The notes: generated from the letters alone by a model not told the origin. Positions 29,810 through 43,233 are shown, counted from the stretch's first letter. The stretch is 64,000 bases of DNA from Nitrospira sp. (GCA_047150005.1 AP038806.1:2944001-3008000), one strand, 5' to 3'. Numbers and translations are program-made.

Positions 29810-32515
29810 TTACTGGGGTGTGGGCGATGGTGAAGGGTCGTGACCGGACGGGGAGAGGGCCTGCTCCGCTGCGTCGATCACGGCGCACAGGTCTGCGATG
29901 CCGGTCGTGATCCGTTCGAGGTGGCGCCGGTCGGCCGCGTCTTCCAGGACGCCGCCGACGGCTCCGATGGCATGCAGGCCGTAGGTGCCGGCGAGCCCCT
30001 TAATGCGGTGGCCGATGAGCCTGATCTGCTCGAAGTTGCGGGCGTCGACGGCCCGCTGCAGTTCCTGCACGTCGCGTCGTCGGTTCTGAATAAATTTCGG
30101 CCTCATCCGGTTCAATTCGGCGTCTAGCAGTCCGGCCTGGTCCGATCTCAGGCGGGCCGGCGGGACGACCGGCTTCGTCTCCGCGACGAATCGACGGATG
30201 GTGCTGAGCACGGTGTCCATTTTGACCGGCTTGGTGAGGAAATCGTCGCAGCCGGCCTCCGCGCTCCGCTGTCTGGATTCGGCGAAACCGTCGGCGGTGA
30301 GAGCGACGATCGGGGTCCGGGGGCGGTCCTGTTCCGTCTCCCAGGCACGGATGCGCCTGGCGGCTTCGCAGCCGTCCATGTCGGGCATGTGCAGGTCCAT
30401 GAGCACCAGATCGTAGCGGTCGGACTTGAACGTCTCGACGACGCTCGTGCCGCTGTCGGCGCAATCCAACCGATAGGGAGATTTGCTCAGATAGAGGCGC
30501 ATGACGTGCTGGGATTCGATGGAATCCTCCGCCAGCAGAATTTTCCATTCCCTGGTTGAGACGGCACGCAGCGTTGGTTGACACAAGCGGCTTCGCGACG
30601 TCGAGGTCACCGGCTCCTGCACGTCCGTTTCGGTTTGGATCATCGCAAATGGAACGGTGAACGAGAAGGTGCTGCCTTGCCCCGGCATGCTTTCGACCCA
30701 GATGCGTCCACCCATGAGTTGGACGAGTTGCCTGCAGATGGAGAGCCCTAATCCGACTCCGCCGTAGTGTCGGTTGGCTCGCGAATCCGCCTGGGAAAAC
30801 CGCTCGAACAGCCGGTCCCGCAGTTCGTCGGTGATGCCGATCCCCGTATCCGAGACGGCGAACTGCACCTTGCACTGCGCGTCGTCGACCGCGCGCAGTT
30901 TGGCCCGCACGGTGACCGATCCTGCCGCGGTGAACTTGATGGCATTTCTGACCAGGTTGAGCAGTACCTGTTGGAAGCGATGCGCGTCTCCTCTCAGGCG
31001 CGCCGGGATTGCCGGGTCGAGATGGGTCGTCACCGTCAAGCCCTTCTCCTGTGCCTCGGGGGCGAGGAGATTCGTACATTCCAGCGTGATTTCCCGCAGG
31101 ACGAACGGTTCCGAGGTCAGCGTCAGGGTGCCGGATTCCGCCTTGGCGGTCAGCAGCAGATCTTCGATCATCCGCAGCAGCGTGTCGCTGGCCTTGGTGC
31201 ATCGCTCGACCAGCGCCAGCTGCTGGGGAGTGAGCGGGGTTCTGGCCAGGTAATCCGCCATTCCCATGATGGCGTTCAGCGGCGTGCGCATTTCGTGGCT
31301 CATGTTGGCCAGGAAATCACTCTTGGCCTTGCTGGCCGCCTCGGCCGCCAGCCGGGCCCGTACCAGTGTCGCTTCCGCCTCCTTGCGTTCCGTCACGTCC
31401 TCCGAGATACCCAGCAGATAGCGGGGTGTTCCGTCGCCGCCGCAAATCGGGATCTTTTTCGTGTGCAACAGCCGGACGCCCATGCCCTTGGTCTGCACCG
31501 GTTCTTCGGGAACGTCGACCAGGCGCCCGCCGGCCAGGGTTTCACGGTCCTTGGCGGTGAAAAAGTCGGCCTCCTGCTTGGGGAAAAAATCGTAGTCGTT
31601 CTTTCCCAGGAGGTCGGATCGGGGATAGCCAAGCAGGGCTTCTCCCGCTTTGTTGAACCGGACGAACCGCAGGTCTTGGGCGTCCTTGACGAACACCATA
31701 TCCGGCAGGTGTTCGAACAGGGATTCGATAAAGGCCGTCGTCTGCCTGAGCGTGTCCTCGGCCCGCTTTCGCCCGCTGATGTCGCGGATGAAGGATGAAA
31801 ACAACACGTCCTTGTCGAGCATCAGGGGGATCATGGTCAACTCCGCAGGAAAGCGCTCTCCGTTCTTTCGGATCGCGGTCACTTCGACGCGCTGCCGAAG
31901 CAACTGTTCGGAGCCGGTCGTGAGGGAGTGCTTCAACCCCTCGATGTGAGCGGCCCGCTGGTCGTCCGGGATGATCAGCTCGACAAGCGGCTGACCCACG
32001 GCTTCCTCGCAGGAAAATCCGAAAATCGTTTCGGCCTGCGGGTTCCATTCGACCACCACTCCGCGCCGGTCCATCGCGACAACGGCATCGAGGGCTCCCT
32101 GCACGATGGCCTGGAGCTTGGCCTCGCTACGTTGCCGCGCGCGGCGGCTCTGGCTGTCGAAATACAGGAACGCGGTCAGAATCCACAGGGTGGCGCTCCC
32201 GACGGATCGGTTGAAGACGGCCAATGGCAGCGACTCTCCGGAATGCGAGGGCAAAAACGGCTCTCCCATGATCGCGACGGACCAGAACGCCGTAGCAAAC
32301 AGGAGTGTCCGTGGGTGATAGAGCCGCGCGATGGGCAAGGCGAGCAGGAAATAGGGCAACCACGGAGCAAAGCCGATGGGAAAATGCAGATCGATCACGA
32401 AGATAAGGCTGGTCGCCAAGGCGATCAGGAATGGAGTCAACGGCCGCATGCAGGCGCAAAGGGTCTGGGAGGGTGAATTGGGACTCGGCGCCGGTAGCGT
32501 CCCTGCATCCGTCAT
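29810..32515 (-). CDS. Membrane hybrid histidine kinase (2 PAS, HisKA, HATPase, REC, Hpt)
   Basis: '[13 protein letters not shown]', 'NAIKFT', 'GLGLSI', 'LMDLHMP', 'GHRIKGLAG'. Confidence 0.93.
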   Translation of the reverse strand: MTDAGTLPAPSPNSPSQTLCACMRPLTPFLIALATSLIFVIDLHFPIGFAPWLPYFLLALPIARLYHPRTLLFATAFWSVAIMGEPFLPSHSGESLPLAVFNRSVGSATLWILTAFLYFDSQSRRARQRSEAKLQAIVQGALDAVVAMDRRGVVVEWNPQAETIFGFSCEEAVGQPLVELIIPDDQRAAHIEGLKHSLTTGSEQLLRQRVEVTAIRKNGERFPAELTMIPLMLDKDVLFSSFIRDISGRKRAEDTLRQTTAFIESLFEHLPDMVFVKDAQDLRFVRFNKAGEALLGYPRSDLLGKNDYDFFPKQEADFFTAKDRETLAGGRLVDVPEEPVQTKGMGVRLLHTKKIPICGGDGTPRYLLGISEDVTERKEAEATLVRARLAAEAASKAKSDFLANMSHEMRTPLNAIMGMADYLARTPLTPQQLALVERCTKASDTLLRMIEDLLLTAKAESGTLTLTSEPFVLREITLECTNLLAPEAQEKGLTVTTHLDPAIPARLRGDAHRFQQVLLNLVRNAIKFTAAGSVTVRAKLRAVDDAQCKVQFAVSDTGIGITDELRDRLFERFSQADSRANRHYGGVGLGLSICRQLVQLMGGRIWVESMPGQGSTFSFTVPFAMIQTETDVQEPVTSTSRSRLCQPTLRAVSTREWKILLAEDSIESQHVMRLYLSKSPYRLDCADSGTSVVETFKSDRYDLVLMDLHMPDMDGCEAARRIRAWETEQDRPRTPIVALTADGFAESRQRSAEAGCDDFLTKPVKMDTVLSTIRRFVAETKPVVPPARLRSDQAGLLDAELNRMRPKFIQNRRRDVQELQRAVDARNFEQIRLIGHRIKGLAGTYGLHAIGAVGGVLEDAADRRHLERITTGIADLCAVIDAAEQALSPSGHDPSPSPTPQ

Positions 32516-32573
32516 ATCGTTCAGTATAGGCAGGACCTGCGGAGTCGCAAACGCTTTTCACGTTCTTGACTGA

Positions 32574-32942
32574 TCAGGGCTGGGGCGATGATGCGTAGCG
32601 GAGGTCGCGGTCGCTGGCCAGCGAAAGGTAGGCCTCGCCCCACTGCTGTGGGCTGATGAGACTCCAGGGCTCATCGCTGCCGGCCGGCTTGAAACGAAGG
32701 CCGTAGAGCCCGCCGTAGACCAAGTAGGCCAGACCTGATCCGGAGTCTTCGACCGGTTGGGCGAAGGCCTGACAGGGGGGCGCGGCGGGATGCTCGCTCC
32801 ACCCCGTGACGTCATACCATTCTCCGGCCGGGTTCCGTTCGAAGAGCCGGACCTGAACGACCGGTCTGGCCGGGCCGGTTTCCTTGAAGCGGGCAAAGAA
32901 GCTGCTTTCGCAGTTCTCGTTAGATTCGACGTCGACGATCAT
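32574..32942 (-). CDS. Hypothetical protein
   Basis: 122 aa ORF filling the gap between groEL and the kinase, same strand. Confidence 0.65.
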   Translation of the reverse strand: MIVDVESNENCESSFFARFKETGPARPVVQVRLFERNPAGEWYDVTGWSEHPAAPPCQAFAQPVEDSGSGLAYLVYGGLYGLRFKPAGSDEPWSLISPQQWGEAYLSLASDRDLRYASSPQP

Positions 32943-33008
32943 ATGATCGTGAAGCGTACCTCGTGAAGGGTGACGCGTTCAAGGATCAGATCCGAATCAA
33001 TCCATGTC

Positions 33009-33052
33009 AAAAAACAGGAAGGGCCCGGCGGTTTCCCGCCGGGCCCTTCCTG
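33009..33052 (-). terminator. Rho-independent terminator of groESL
   Basis: Stem caggaagggcccggcgg / ccgccgggcccttcctg followed by U6 on the minus strand. Confidence 0.9.
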
Positions 33053-33109
33053 CGTCGCTTTGAGCGATCGGCTATCTCGGCACTCAGTCCTCAGGACTCA
33101 GCACTGAAT

Positions 33110-34777
<1,668 letters not shown>

Positions 34778-34809
34778 TCAATCAATTATGGACGCGTGAC
34801 GGATGATCG

Positions 34810-35109
34810 TCAGTCGGCGAAAATGCCGAGGATGTCCTCTTCCTTCAGGATCAAACACTCCTCGTCCTCGATCCGGAGCTTGCTGCCCGAGTACTTGTCG
34901 AAGAGCACCTGGTCGCCGACCTTGACGTTTTCGACCTTCTTGCCCACGGCCTGTACCACGCCCCGCTGCGGCTTTTCCTTGGCAGAATCCGGCACGTAAA
35001 TCCCGCCGGCGGTCCGTTCCAGTTCCTCGGTGTAGGTGATGAACACCCGATCACCCAGTGGCTGAAAACCCTTGGCGACGTTCTTCTTCTCTTTCGCTGC
35101 TGTGCTCAT
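34810..35109 (-). CDS. groES: Co-chaperonin GroES
   Basis: 'PLGDRV', 'TAGGIYVPDSAKEKPQRG'; GGAGG SD. Confidence 0.97.
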   Translation of the reverse strand: MSTAAKEKKNVAKGFQPLGDRVFITYTEELERTAGGIYVPDSAKEKPQRGVVQAVGKKVENVKVGDQVLFDKYSGSKLRIEDEECLILKEEDILGIFAD

Positions 35110-35241
35110 ATGCAACACCCTCCTCGTGCTGATTAGTGAACCCGGTTGATATAGTGACGATTTTGGTACTGGTTCAAACTCGACGGCGCACGATGGCACG
35201 CCTTAACGAGCAGAAGCCCTGATCCGCAAACTCGGGGGTTG

Positions 35242-35269
35242 AGATAGCCTCAGGTCAGACCAAGTCAAG
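35242..35269 (-). promoter_or_regulatory. Candidate sigma32-type promoter for groESL
   Basis: CTTG-N17-GCTATCT, close to the alphaproteobacterial RpoH consensus CTTG-N17-CYTATNT. Confidence 0.35.
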
Positions 35270-35386
35270 GGGGAATTCAGAATTTCTTTCCAGCCCCACA
35301 TTCGTCGTCAGGAAACCATCATAACCCATTGACATTGCAATATGCCAGGGGTGATTTTCGCTAGCGGCCGGGGGCTTCGGTCGGGA

Positions 35387-36385
35387 TCAGACGCGCAAGC
35401 GGTCGAAATCCTTGACGTCTTTTTTGATGTAGTCACGAATCCGCTTGATAATGCGTGCTTCCAGCTGCCTGGTTCGCTCCTTTGTAATGCCGTACTTCTC
35501 GCCCAGATCGTCGAGCGTGAGGGGCGTTTCGGACAGGATGCGGTTACGCAGGATATCCTCGTCCCGCTCGTCCAGCGTCTTGACGAACTCCGCCAGCTTC
35601 GCCCGGAACAGCGTCTGCAGTTGATGCTGGGCGAGCTGTTCGTCCGCCCCGACCTGTTGGGACGGCAGCACATCGAGCAGGGTGCCATCCTGTTCTTCGC
35701 CGATCGGCTGGTCGAGGGAGAGCTCCCAGTTCCCTAGACGCTGGTCCATTTCAACCACGTCGCGTTCCCGTACGTTCAATCGGTCGGCGAGGAGTTTGGT
35801 GTCCGGCGCAAATCCCTGCCGTTCGAGCTTCGCCTTCTCTTTCTTTAGATTGTAGAAGAGCTTGCGCTGATCCTGCGTGGTGCCGATCTTGACGAGTCGA
35901 TAGGTGTTGAGCAGGTAGCGCAGGATGTAGGCCCGTGACCACCAGGCGGCATAGGCATAGAAGCGCACGTTCCTCGACGGGTCAAACTTCTTGATGGCCT
36001 GCATCAGGCCCACATTGCCTTCCTGGATCAAGTCCATGTGGTCGGCGCCGGTGTGCAGGTACTCGGATGCGATCGCCACCGAGACCCGGAGGTTGGCCAT
36101 GATGAGCTTGACCGCAGCCTCGCGATTGCCGTGCGTGCGGTATTCGTCGAACAGACGCAGTTCTTCCTCTTTGGTCAAGTAGGGGTGCCGGCGGACTTCG
36201 GCCAGGTATTGCTGAAGCGCTGTAACCGGCACGACTGCCGTCGTATCGACGCCCGCTTGCGGTGCTGGTCTGTCGGCCGCCTCGGCCTCCGCTGTGGTTG
36301 GTCCCTCGGCCGAGTCTTCCTCGGAAGGTCCGAGGATTTCGGGCTCCAACGGGGTTTCGGCCGTGGATTTTGTTCGCCGCTTCAT
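35387..36385 (-). CDS. rpoH: RNA polymerase sigma-32-family factor
   Basis: 'DLIQEGNVGLM', RpoH-box-like 'TTQDQRKLFYNLKK', 'TKERTRQLE'. Confidence 0.88.
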   Translation of the reverse strand: MKRRTKSTAETPLEPEILGPSEEDSAEGPTTAEAEAADRPAPQAGVDTTAVVPVTALQQYLAEVRRHPYLTKEEELRLFDEYRTHGNREAAVKLIMANLRVSVAIASEYLHTGADHMDLIQEGNVGLMQAIKKFDPSRNVRFYAYAAWWSRAYILRYLLNTYRLVKIGTTQDQRKLFYNLKKEKAKLERQGFAPDTKLLADRLNVRERDVVEMDQRLGNWELSLDQPIGEEQDGTLLDVLPSQQVGADEQLAQHQLQTLFRAKLAEFVKTLDERDEDILRNRILSETPLTLDDLGEKYGITKERTRQLEARIIKRIRDYIKKDVKDFDRLRV

Positions 36386-36515
36386 AACGGTCGAGACTAT
36401 CACACTGCCTGATGGGGGACCAAGCGTGGAAGGACGGTCGGCGTCCGTTGTGCCCTCGCTTGCACCGGTGAAACCGCGTCCCCTATAGTGATTCGTTCGA
36501 TCTGCGGGAGACAGC

Positions 36516-37721
36516 ATGGCAACGAATATACTGTGGGCGCTCAGACGCGGACATTGGCCCTCCTTGGTCGGGGCGTGGCTGCATTTCGAAGTCAGTTTCA
36601 TGACCTGGCTGCTGATCGGTTCACTTGGAGTGGCCATTGCTGAGGAGTTGGCGCTGTCAGCGACTCAGAAGGGGCTCCTCGTGGCTTGCCCGCTGCTGAG
36701 CGGAGCGCTGTTCCGTATCGTCGTCGGGCTGAGTAGTGACTATTTAGGAGCCAAGACGACCGGCCTGTACGTGCTGGTTTGCGAAATGGGGGCGTTGCTC
36801 TGGGGGTGGGGGGGCGGAGGGACGTTTCCACAGATGCTGGGCATGGGTTTCGTGCTCGGCGTGGCAGGAGCCAGCTTTGCCGTCGCCCTGCCCCTGGCCA
36901 GTCGGGCCTATCCGCCGGCCCACCAGGGACTGGTGATGGGCCTCGCCGCCTCGGCCAACAGCGGGACGGTGCTGGCCATGTTTTTTGCGCCGCGCCTGGC
37001 CGAATGGGTCGGATGGCGCGGGGTCTTCGGCGTGATGTTGGCGCCCGTTCTGACGACGGCCGTACTGTTCGCGTTGCTCGTACGCCGCGACGACGCGGTG
37101 TCGGCGCGCGAGGTGTTTCCGAATTGGCGGCGGAGGTTCGAAGAAAGTCTGGCTCGGCCGGCCATGTACTGGCTCTGCCTGCTGTACAGTGTCACATTCG
37201 GCGGGTTCGTCGGCGTCTGCAGCGCGCTGCCCATCTTCCTGCACGATCAGTATCGGTTGGACCTCGTCACGGCGGGATCCGTCACGGCGCTCGGCGGATT
37301 GCTCGGCAGCCTGATCCGACCGCTGGGCGGATATGTCGCGGATCGAGTCGGCGGCGCGCGGGTGCTCCCGGCGGTCTTTGTGGCGATCGCAGTCTGTATG
37401 TTGGCCGTGGGGTCGCTTCCGCCCCTCACTCCGGCGGTATTCTGTGTGATGGCGGCCATTACCGCCATGGGGTTTGGGAATGGCGTGCTCTTTCAGGTCG
37501 TCTCGGACAAGTTTCCGAAGGAAATCGGCATGGCGTCCGGACTGATCGGAGCGGCAGGAGGGGTCGGCGGTTTTCTGTTTCCCTTCGGCTTGGGAAGCTT
37601 GAAAGATCTGACTGGCACCTATGCCGCCGGTTGGTGGGTATTTGCGGCTGCAACCGGCTGCGCGTGGGTCAGCGTACGCCTGTATAATCGCCGGACGATG
37701 CTGCAACAGCGAAGCGGATGA
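36516..37721 (+). CDS. NarK/NasA-type nitrate/nitrite MFS transporter
   Basis: 'GVAGASFAVAL', 'YSVTFGGFVG', 'RPLGGYVADR', 'GFGNG'. Confidence 0.85.
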   Translation: MATNILWALRRGHWPSLVGAWLHFEVSFMTWLLIGSLGVAIAEELALSATQKGLLVACPLLSGALFRIVVGLSSDYLGAKTTGLYVLVCEMGALLWGWGGGGTFPQMLGMGFVLGVAGASFAVALPLASRAYPPAHQGLVMGLAASANSGTVLAMFFAPRLAEWVGWRGVFGVMLAPVLTTAVLFALLVRRDDAVSAREVFPNWRRRFEESLARPAMYWLCLLYSVTFGGFVGVCSALPIFLHDQYRLDLVTAGSVTALGGLLGSLIRPLGGYVADRVGGARVLPAVFVAIAVCMLAVGSLPPLTPAVFCVMAAITAMGFGNGVLFQVVSDKFPKEIGMASGLIGAAGGVGGFLFPFGLGSLKDLTGTYAAGWWVFAAATGCAWVSVRLYNRRTMLQQRSG

Positions 37722-37841
37722 GCCTAGGTCCTTTTTCCCGTTGACAGTCGTGGGCTAAAAAACCGATGTTAAATGTTCGATGTTCAATGATAAATTGTTC
37801 GCTCATTGAACATCAGCATCAAACATTCAACATTGCCGTCT

Positions 37842-39050
37842 ATGGCCACTCCATTTGACTCCATCGAAGACGCGCTTCGTGACATCAAAAAGGGCCGGTT
37901 CGTCATCCTTGTGGACGACGAAGACCGGGAAAACGAAGGGGACCTGGTCATTGCGGCGGAGAAGGTGACTCCGCAGGGCATCAATTTTATGGCCAAGCAT
38001 GCCCGCGGGCTGATCTGTCTTGCCTTGACGCCGGAGCGGGTGGAAGAACTGCAGTTGCCTCAGCAGGCGGTCGAGAACACGGCCACGTTCGGCACCGCCT
38101 TCACGGTCTCCATCGACGCGCGCAAAGACATCACCACCGGCATTTCCGCGGCGGATCGCGCGACCACGATCCATGTGGCGATCGATCCCAAATCCAAGCC
38201 GACCGACCTCGCAAGGCCCGGCCACATCTTTCCGTTGAAAGCGCAGCAAGGAGGCGTGTTGAAGCGGGCAGGCCAGACGGAGGGATCGGTCGATCTGGCG
38301 AGGCTGGCCGGGCTGACTCCGGCCGGCGTGATCTGCGAAATCATGAACGAGGACGGCACGATGGCCCGCGTGCCGGAGCTGACGAAGTTCGCCAAGACGC
38401 ACAAGCTCCGCATGGTGACGATCAAGGCACTGATCGAATACCGCATGCGCCGCGAGACATTCGTCAAACGGGTGGCGAGCGCGAGTCTGCCCACGACGTT
38501 CGGCGAGTTCGAGGCGGTGGCGTTTGAGAACCAAGTCGACAACGTGACGCATATCGCTCTTGTGAAGGGTCGAGTGGACAGCGGTGAGCCGACGTTGGTG
38601 CGTGTACACTCGGGCTGTCTGACCGCCGACGCGCTCGGGTCGTTGCGCTGCGATTGCCGCGATCAGCTCCACAAGGCGATGGAGATTATTCAGAAGGAAG
38701 GCCGGGGCGTGCTGCTCTATCTCAATCAGGAGGGCCGCGGCATCGGTCTCCTCAACAAGATCAAGGCCTACGGGCTTCAAGATCAGGGCAGCGATACGGT
38801 CGAAGCGAATCTGAAACTCGGGTTCAAGGCCGATCTGCGCGACTATGGGGTCGGCGCGCAAATATTGGTGAATCTCGGACTTCATCCGATCAAGCTCATC
38901 ACGAACAACCCGCGCAAGATCGTCGGCATCGAAGGCTACGGTTTGAAAGTCGTGGAGCGTGTGCCGATTGAAATTCCGCCGCACGACGCCAATGTGAAAT
39001 ATCTGCGGACGAAGAAGAAGAAGTTAGGGCACATCCTCAAGAAGGTGTAA
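37842..39050 (+). CDS. ribBA: Bifunctional DHBP synthase / GTP cyclohydrolase II
   Basis: '[10 protein letters not shown]', '[16 protein letters not shown]', 'QEGRGIGL'. Confidence 0.97.
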   Translation: MATPFDSIEDALRDIKKGRFVILVDDEDRENEGDLVIAAEKVTPQGINFMAKHARGLICLALTPERVEELQLPQQAVENTATFGTAFTVSIDARKDITTGISAADRATTIHVAIDPKSKPTDLARPGHIFPLKAQQGGVLKRAGQTEGSVDLARLAGLTPAGVICEIMNEDGTMARVPELTKFAKTHKLRMVTIKALIEYRMRRETFVKRVASASLPTTFGEFEAVAFENQVDNVTHIALVKGRVDSGEPTLVRVHSGCLTADALGSLRCDCRDQLHKAMEIIQKEGRGVLLYLNQEGRGIGLLNKIKAYGLQDQGSDTVEANLKLGFKADLRDYGVGAQILVNLGLHPIKLITNNPRKIVGIEGYGLKVVERVPIEIPPHDANVKYLRTKKKKLGHILKKV

Positions 39051-39141
39051 CGGTTGCTGAAAACAGGTGAATCCGGCGTGATCAGGTCGCGGACGCCATC
39101 AGCCTGCTGGATGCCATTAGTGTCCAAAACGGTGTTGTGGT

Positions 39142-39678
39142 ATGAAGCTTCGTAAAGGTTCCCATAACGCGACGGGGCTGAAGTTCGGGGTCGTCGTCGC
39201 GAAGTTCAACAAGTTCGTGACGAGCAAGCTTCTGTCGTCCTGTCTGGATGGTCTGATGAAACACGGGGTGATGGAGCAGGATGTCGAGGTGGTGCGTGTG
39301 CCCGGCGCGTTTGAAATTCCGCTCATTGCGCGGACGCTCGCGGCGACCAAGCGATTCGATGCCGTGATCTGTCTGGGAGCGGTGATTCGCGGTGATACGC
39401 CGCATTTCGACTACATCAGCGGTGAGGCGAGCCCGGGAATCGGCCAGGCGGCGCTGGATGCGGATGTGCCCATCATTTTCGGGGTGCTGACGACCGACAC
39501 GGTCGCGCAGGCGATCGAGCGGGCGGACCCGGCGAAGTTCAATCGCGGGGGAGAGGCTGCCAAATCGGCCATCGAGATGGCGACGGTCATGCGGGCGCTG
39601 CGAGGTGGAAACACACCGTCCGAGGGAAAACTCAAGCACAACGGCGCCCGGCGGCCGACACGAAAGCGCTCCGCTTAG
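39142..39678 (+). CDS. ribH: 6,7-dimethyl-8-ribityllumazine synthase
   Basis: 'VPGAFEIP', '[13 protein letters not shown]'. Confidence 0.97.
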   Translation: MKLRKGSHNATGLKFGVVVAKFNKFVTSKLLSSCLDGLMKHGVMEQDVEVVRVPGAFEIPLIARTLAATKRFDAVICLGAVIRGDTPHFDYISGEASPGIGQAALDADVPIIFGVLTTDTVAQAIERADPAKFNRGGEAAKSAIEMATVMRALRGGNTPSEGKLKHNGARRPTRKRSA

Positions 39679-39680
39679 TC

Positions 39681-40133
39681 ATGGGTTCCCGCCATCAATC
39701 CCGTGAACGGGCGCTCCAGATCCTGTTCCAATACGACATCCACGGCCAGCCCGGCGTCTGGCTCGACGAGTTCTGGAACCAATGCGAGGCGACGGAAGAC
39801 GTCAGGACTTTCGCGGAAGAATTAGTGCGCGGGGTGTTGAAGCATCAAGCCGAACTGGACGCGCTGCTCGGCCGCTATGCGACGAATTGGAAAGTCAGCC
39901 GCATGCAGGTCGTCGACCGCAATATTCTGCGTCTGGGGGTCTACGAGCTGCTGTGGCGCGACGATGTGCCGGCGAAGGTGACGATGAATGAGGCGATCGA
40001 GCTGGCCAAGGATTTCGGCGACGACGAGGCGGCCAAGTTCGTCAACGGCGTCTTGGACAAAGTCCTCGCTACTGAATCAAGTCTTGAAGCCAAGCGGAAG
40101 GAAACCTCCGAAGCAAGAGGCAAGTCAAAATGA
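39681..40133 (+). CDS. nusB: Transcription antitermination factor NusB
   Basis: 'RERALQILF', 'DRNILR', 'NEAIELAK', 'FVNGVLD'. Confidence 0.97.
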   Translation: MGSRHQSRERALQILFQYDIHGQPGVWLDEFWNQCEATEDVRTFAEELVRGVLKHQAELDALLGRYATNWKVSRMQVVDRNILRLGVYELLWRDDVPAKVTMNEAIELAKDFGDDEAAKFVNGVLDKVLATESSLEAKRKETSEARGKSK

Positions 40134-40181
40134 GGCGAAGATCATTCACCCATCACTCAGCGCCCAGGACTCAGCACTCTC

Positions 40182-41519
40182 ATGATTGACCGCTACAGTC
40201 GACCCCAGATGAAGGCCATCTGGGATCTCAAGCACAAGTACGAGGTCTGGCTTGAAGTGGAATTGCAGGCCTGCGCCGCCTTCGAGCGCTCGGGCCAGGC
40301 GCCGCGCGGGACCGCCGCCAGGATCCGCCGAAAGGCCAGAATCCATGTGGGGCGCATCGCAGAAATCGAGCTGGTGACGAAGCACGACGTGATTGCATTT
40401 CTGGAATCGTTGGCGGACGACGTCGGACCGGAGCACCGGTTCCTGCACATGGGATTGACCTCCTCCGATATCGTGGATACGTCGCTCGCCGTGCAAATGA
40501 CCGAGGCGCTGGATCTGATTCTCGACGGAGTCGAAGGGTTTCTGGATGTTTTGAAACGCCAGGCCCTGCAGCACAAGCAGACTGTGATGGTCGGCCGGTC
40601 GCACGGCATCCATGGGGAGCCCATCTCATTCGGGTTCAAGCTGGCCATCTGGTACGAGGAGATTGGTCGGCATCTGGAGCGGCTGCGCCAGGTGCGCAGC
40701 ACCATCGCGGTAGGGAAGCTGTCGGGAGCGATGGGGACGTTTGCTCACCAGGGCCCGGAGATCGAGGCCTACGTCTGCTCGAAACTGGGACTCTCAATCG
40801 ATCCGGCCTCCAACCAGGTGGTCCAGCGGGACCGGCACGCGGCCTATGCCACCGCGCTGGCGCTGCTGGCCGCCAGCATCGAGAAGATTGCGACGGAGAT
40901 CCGTCATCTCCAGCGGACGGAAGTGCTGGAGGCTGAGGAATACTTTTCCCAGGGCCAAAAGGGATCGTCCGCGATGCCGCACAAGCGGAATCCCATCGTC
41001 TCGGAAAACCTGTGCGGCCTCGCCCGCCTCGTGCGGGCGAACAGCCTGGCGGCGATGGAAAACGTCGCGCTGTGGCACGAGCGGGACATCAGCCATTCGT
41101 CGGTCGAACGGGTGATCATGCCGGACAGCACGATTCTGGTGGATTACATGCTGGCGAAGGTCACCGATCTGATCGCCCGTCTGGTTGTGTATCCGGAACG
41201 AATGAAGCGCAATCTCGAGCTGACCGGCGGACTGGTCTATTCGCAACGCCTGCTGCTGGCGCTGGTGGCCAAAGGAGCTCAGCGCAAGGAATCGTATGAG
41301 GCGGTCCAACGCAGTGCCATGGCGTCGTGGCAAGGCGCGGGGATGCTGCAGGATCTCGCCGTCAAAGACCCCTTCATCGCTCGACATCTGAAGAAGAGCG
41401 AGATTGCGGCTTGTTTTGATCCGCACTATTATCTGCGGCACCTCGACGAGGTATTTCGACGGGTGTTCCGAGGACAGGGATCAGGAAGGCGCAGCCATAC
41501 AAAGCGAGGAGGCCGATGA
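40182..41519 (+). CDS. purB: Adenylosuccinate lyase
   Basis: 'MIDRYSR', 'GSSAMPHKRNP'. Confidence 0.97.
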   Translation: MIDRYSRPQMKAIWDLKHKYEVWLEVELQACAAFERSGQAPRGTAARIRRKARIHVGRIAEIELVTKHDVIAFLESLADDVGPEHRFLHMGLTSSDIVDTSLAVQMTEALDLILDGVEGFLDVLKRQALQHKQTVMVGRSHGIHGEPISFGFKLAIWYEEIGRHLERLRQVRSTIAVGKLSGAMGTFAHQGPEIEAYVCSKLGLSIDPASNQVVQRDRHAAYATALALLAASIEKIATEIRHLQRTEVLEAEEYFSQGQKGSSAMPHKRNPIVSENLCGLARLVRANSLAAMENVALWHERDISHSSVERVIMPDSTILVDYMLAKVTDLIARLVVYPERMKRNLELTGGLVYSQRLLLALVAKGAQRKESYEAVQRSAMASWQGAGMLQDLAVKDPFIARHLKKSEIAACFDPHYYLRHLDEVFRRVFRGQGSGRRSHTKRGGR

Positions 41520-42316
41520 TTCGATCACGCTATGGCGGTGTGTGCGCCGTCGCGCTGTGTGTCGTGCTGGGATGGTGGGCTTCGGCCTCTCATGCCGCCG
41601 CCGATCGCGACAAGTTACTCAGTGAGCCCGGCATCTACGGGACGTTCGCCGCGTTCGGCTTGACTGAGGAATGGGGCAAGCTGGACGCGCCGACCAAGAT
41701 CGCCCATCTGACCGCCTTGAAGGGCGTGGTCGAACAGCATCGTGAAAAAGTTGCGATTGACCTGTATCTTCTCCGCGGGCTGTCCGACTATGCAGACGTT
41801 CTCTTCCGAATTCATGCGACGGAACTCCGCGATTCGCAGAAGTTCCTGATCGATCTCCATGCGAGTCCTATGGGCCGGTATCTGAAAAAGGCCGGGATCC
41901 TGAACGGTATGAGCAAGAAGGCGAATTATGTCCCGGGATTTTCCGACCAGATGAAGGCGGATCTTAAGGCTTCCAGTGAGCCGGGGGCTTCGCCCTATGC
42001 CATCGTGATTCCGATCAGAAAAAGCGCCGAATGGTGGGCGCTCGACCAGGAGAAGCGCGCGGCCATGATGAAGGAACACACCGAAGCGGCGTTGCCCTAT
42101 CACAAGACCGTGAAGCGGAAGCTGTATCACTCCAGCGGGCTGGACGATCTGGACTTCATCACCTATTTCGAAACCTCGAAGCTGGAGGATTTTCACGGCC
42201 TCATTCTGTCGTTGGAAAGCGTGAAGGAATTTCAGTATACGCGCCGATTCGGACATCCCACTCTGCTCGGCACGATGAAGTCCCTCGACGAAATTATCGA
42301 GACCTTGGCCCAGTAA
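41516..42316 (+). CDS. cld: Periplasmic chlorite dismutase
   Basis: Signal peptide; 'IPIRKSAEWW', proximal His 'EHT', distal Arg 'KRKLYHS', 'DFITYFE'; resembles Nitrospira Cld. Confidence 0.92.
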   Translation: MIRSRYGGVCAVALCVVLGWWASASHAAADRDKLLSEPGIYGTFAAFGLTEEWGKLDAPTKIAHLTALKGVVEQHREKVAIDLYLLRGLSDYADVLFRIHATELRDSQKFLIDLHASPMGRYLKKAGILNGMSKKANYVPGFSDQMKADLKASSEPGASPYAIVIPIRKSAEWWALDQEKRAAMMKEHTEAALPYHKTVKRKLYHSSGLDDLDFITYFETSKLEDFHGLILSLESVKEFQYTRRFGHPTLLGTMKSLDEIIETLAQ

Positions 42317-42338
42317 CAGAGGCCGATTGCGAGGCGGC

Positions 42339-43043
42339 ATGACCAGCGACACCATGATCTACGAGGGTAAGGCGAAAAAGATCTTCTCGACGCCGGACCC
42401 TGATCAGGTCGTCCAATACTTCAAGGACGACGCGACGGCCTTCAATGCGCAAAAGCGTGGGACCATCCTTGAGAAAGGGGTCATCAACAACAAAGTGTCG
42501 GAGCGGCTGTTTCGGTTGTTGGAACAGAACGGGGTGCCGACGCATTTCGTCGAGCGCAAGAGCGACCGTGAAATGCTGACCAAGAAGGTCGCGATCGTGC
42601 CGGTTGAAGTGGTCGTGCGGAACGTCGTCGCGGGCAGTCTGGCCAAGCGGATGGGATTGAAGGAAGGCGAACCGATCCAGCCTGCGATCGTCGAGTGGTA
42701 TTACAAGAACGACGCGCTGGGTGATCCCCTGATTACCGACGACCATGTGCGCCTCCTCAAGCTTGCGACGCCGGAGCAGATGGCGGAAATCAAGAGGTTG
42801 GCGCTGAAAGTAAACAGCCTGCTGCAGCCGTTCTTTCTGGAACGCCGCATGATCCTCGTCGATTTCAAGCTGGAGTTCGGATGGCACAAGGACAGGCTGA
42901 TTCTTGCGGATGAGATCTCTCCGGATACCTGCCGATTCTGGGATGCGACCACCAGGGAATCGATGGACAAGGATCGGTTCAGGAAAGACTTGGGTAAGAT
43001 TGAGGAGGCGTATCGGGAGGTGTTGAAACGGGTTTGCGGATGA
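42339..43043 (+). CDS. purC: SAICAR synthetase
   Basis: 'YEGKAK', 'DFKLEFG', 'ADEISPDTCR'. Confidence 0.97.
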   Translation: MTSDTMIYEGKAKKIFSTPDPDQVVQYFKDDATAFNAQKRGTILEKGVINNKVSERLFRLLEQNGVPTHFVERKSDREMLTKKVAIVPVEVVVRNVVAGSLAKRMGLKEGEPIQPAIVEWYYKNDALGDPLITDDHVRLLKLATPEQMAEIKRLALKVNSLLQPFFLERRMILVDFKLEFGWHKDRLILADEISPDTCRFWDATTRESMDKDRFRKDLGKIEEAYREVLKRVCG

Positions 43044-43044
43044 G

Positions 43045-43194
43045 TCGCGGGTCCTGTCGGCGAACAGCCCCAGCGTGCTCGCACCCCCGCCCGGTGTAGG
43101 GACCCCCGCTGTGCGCGCATGGGGAAGAGCCGCGTCTCGGCGCGGGTCAGGGCTTGGGTGGGTGAGAACGGCGCCCGTTCGCCACCACCCGCGA
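43045..43194. repeat. Palindromic intergenic element
   Basis: tcgcgggt...ggcgaac / gttcgcc...acccgcga ends; same termini as 44507-44609. Confidence 0.55.
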
Positions 43195-43233
43195 GATGCA
43201 CCGGGAGAGGAAGTAAGAAAAAGAGTAGATGAG

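Noticed and set aside
35110..35386. CIRCE operator upstream of groES
   Set aside because: No TTAGCACTC-N9-GAGTGCTAA match seen
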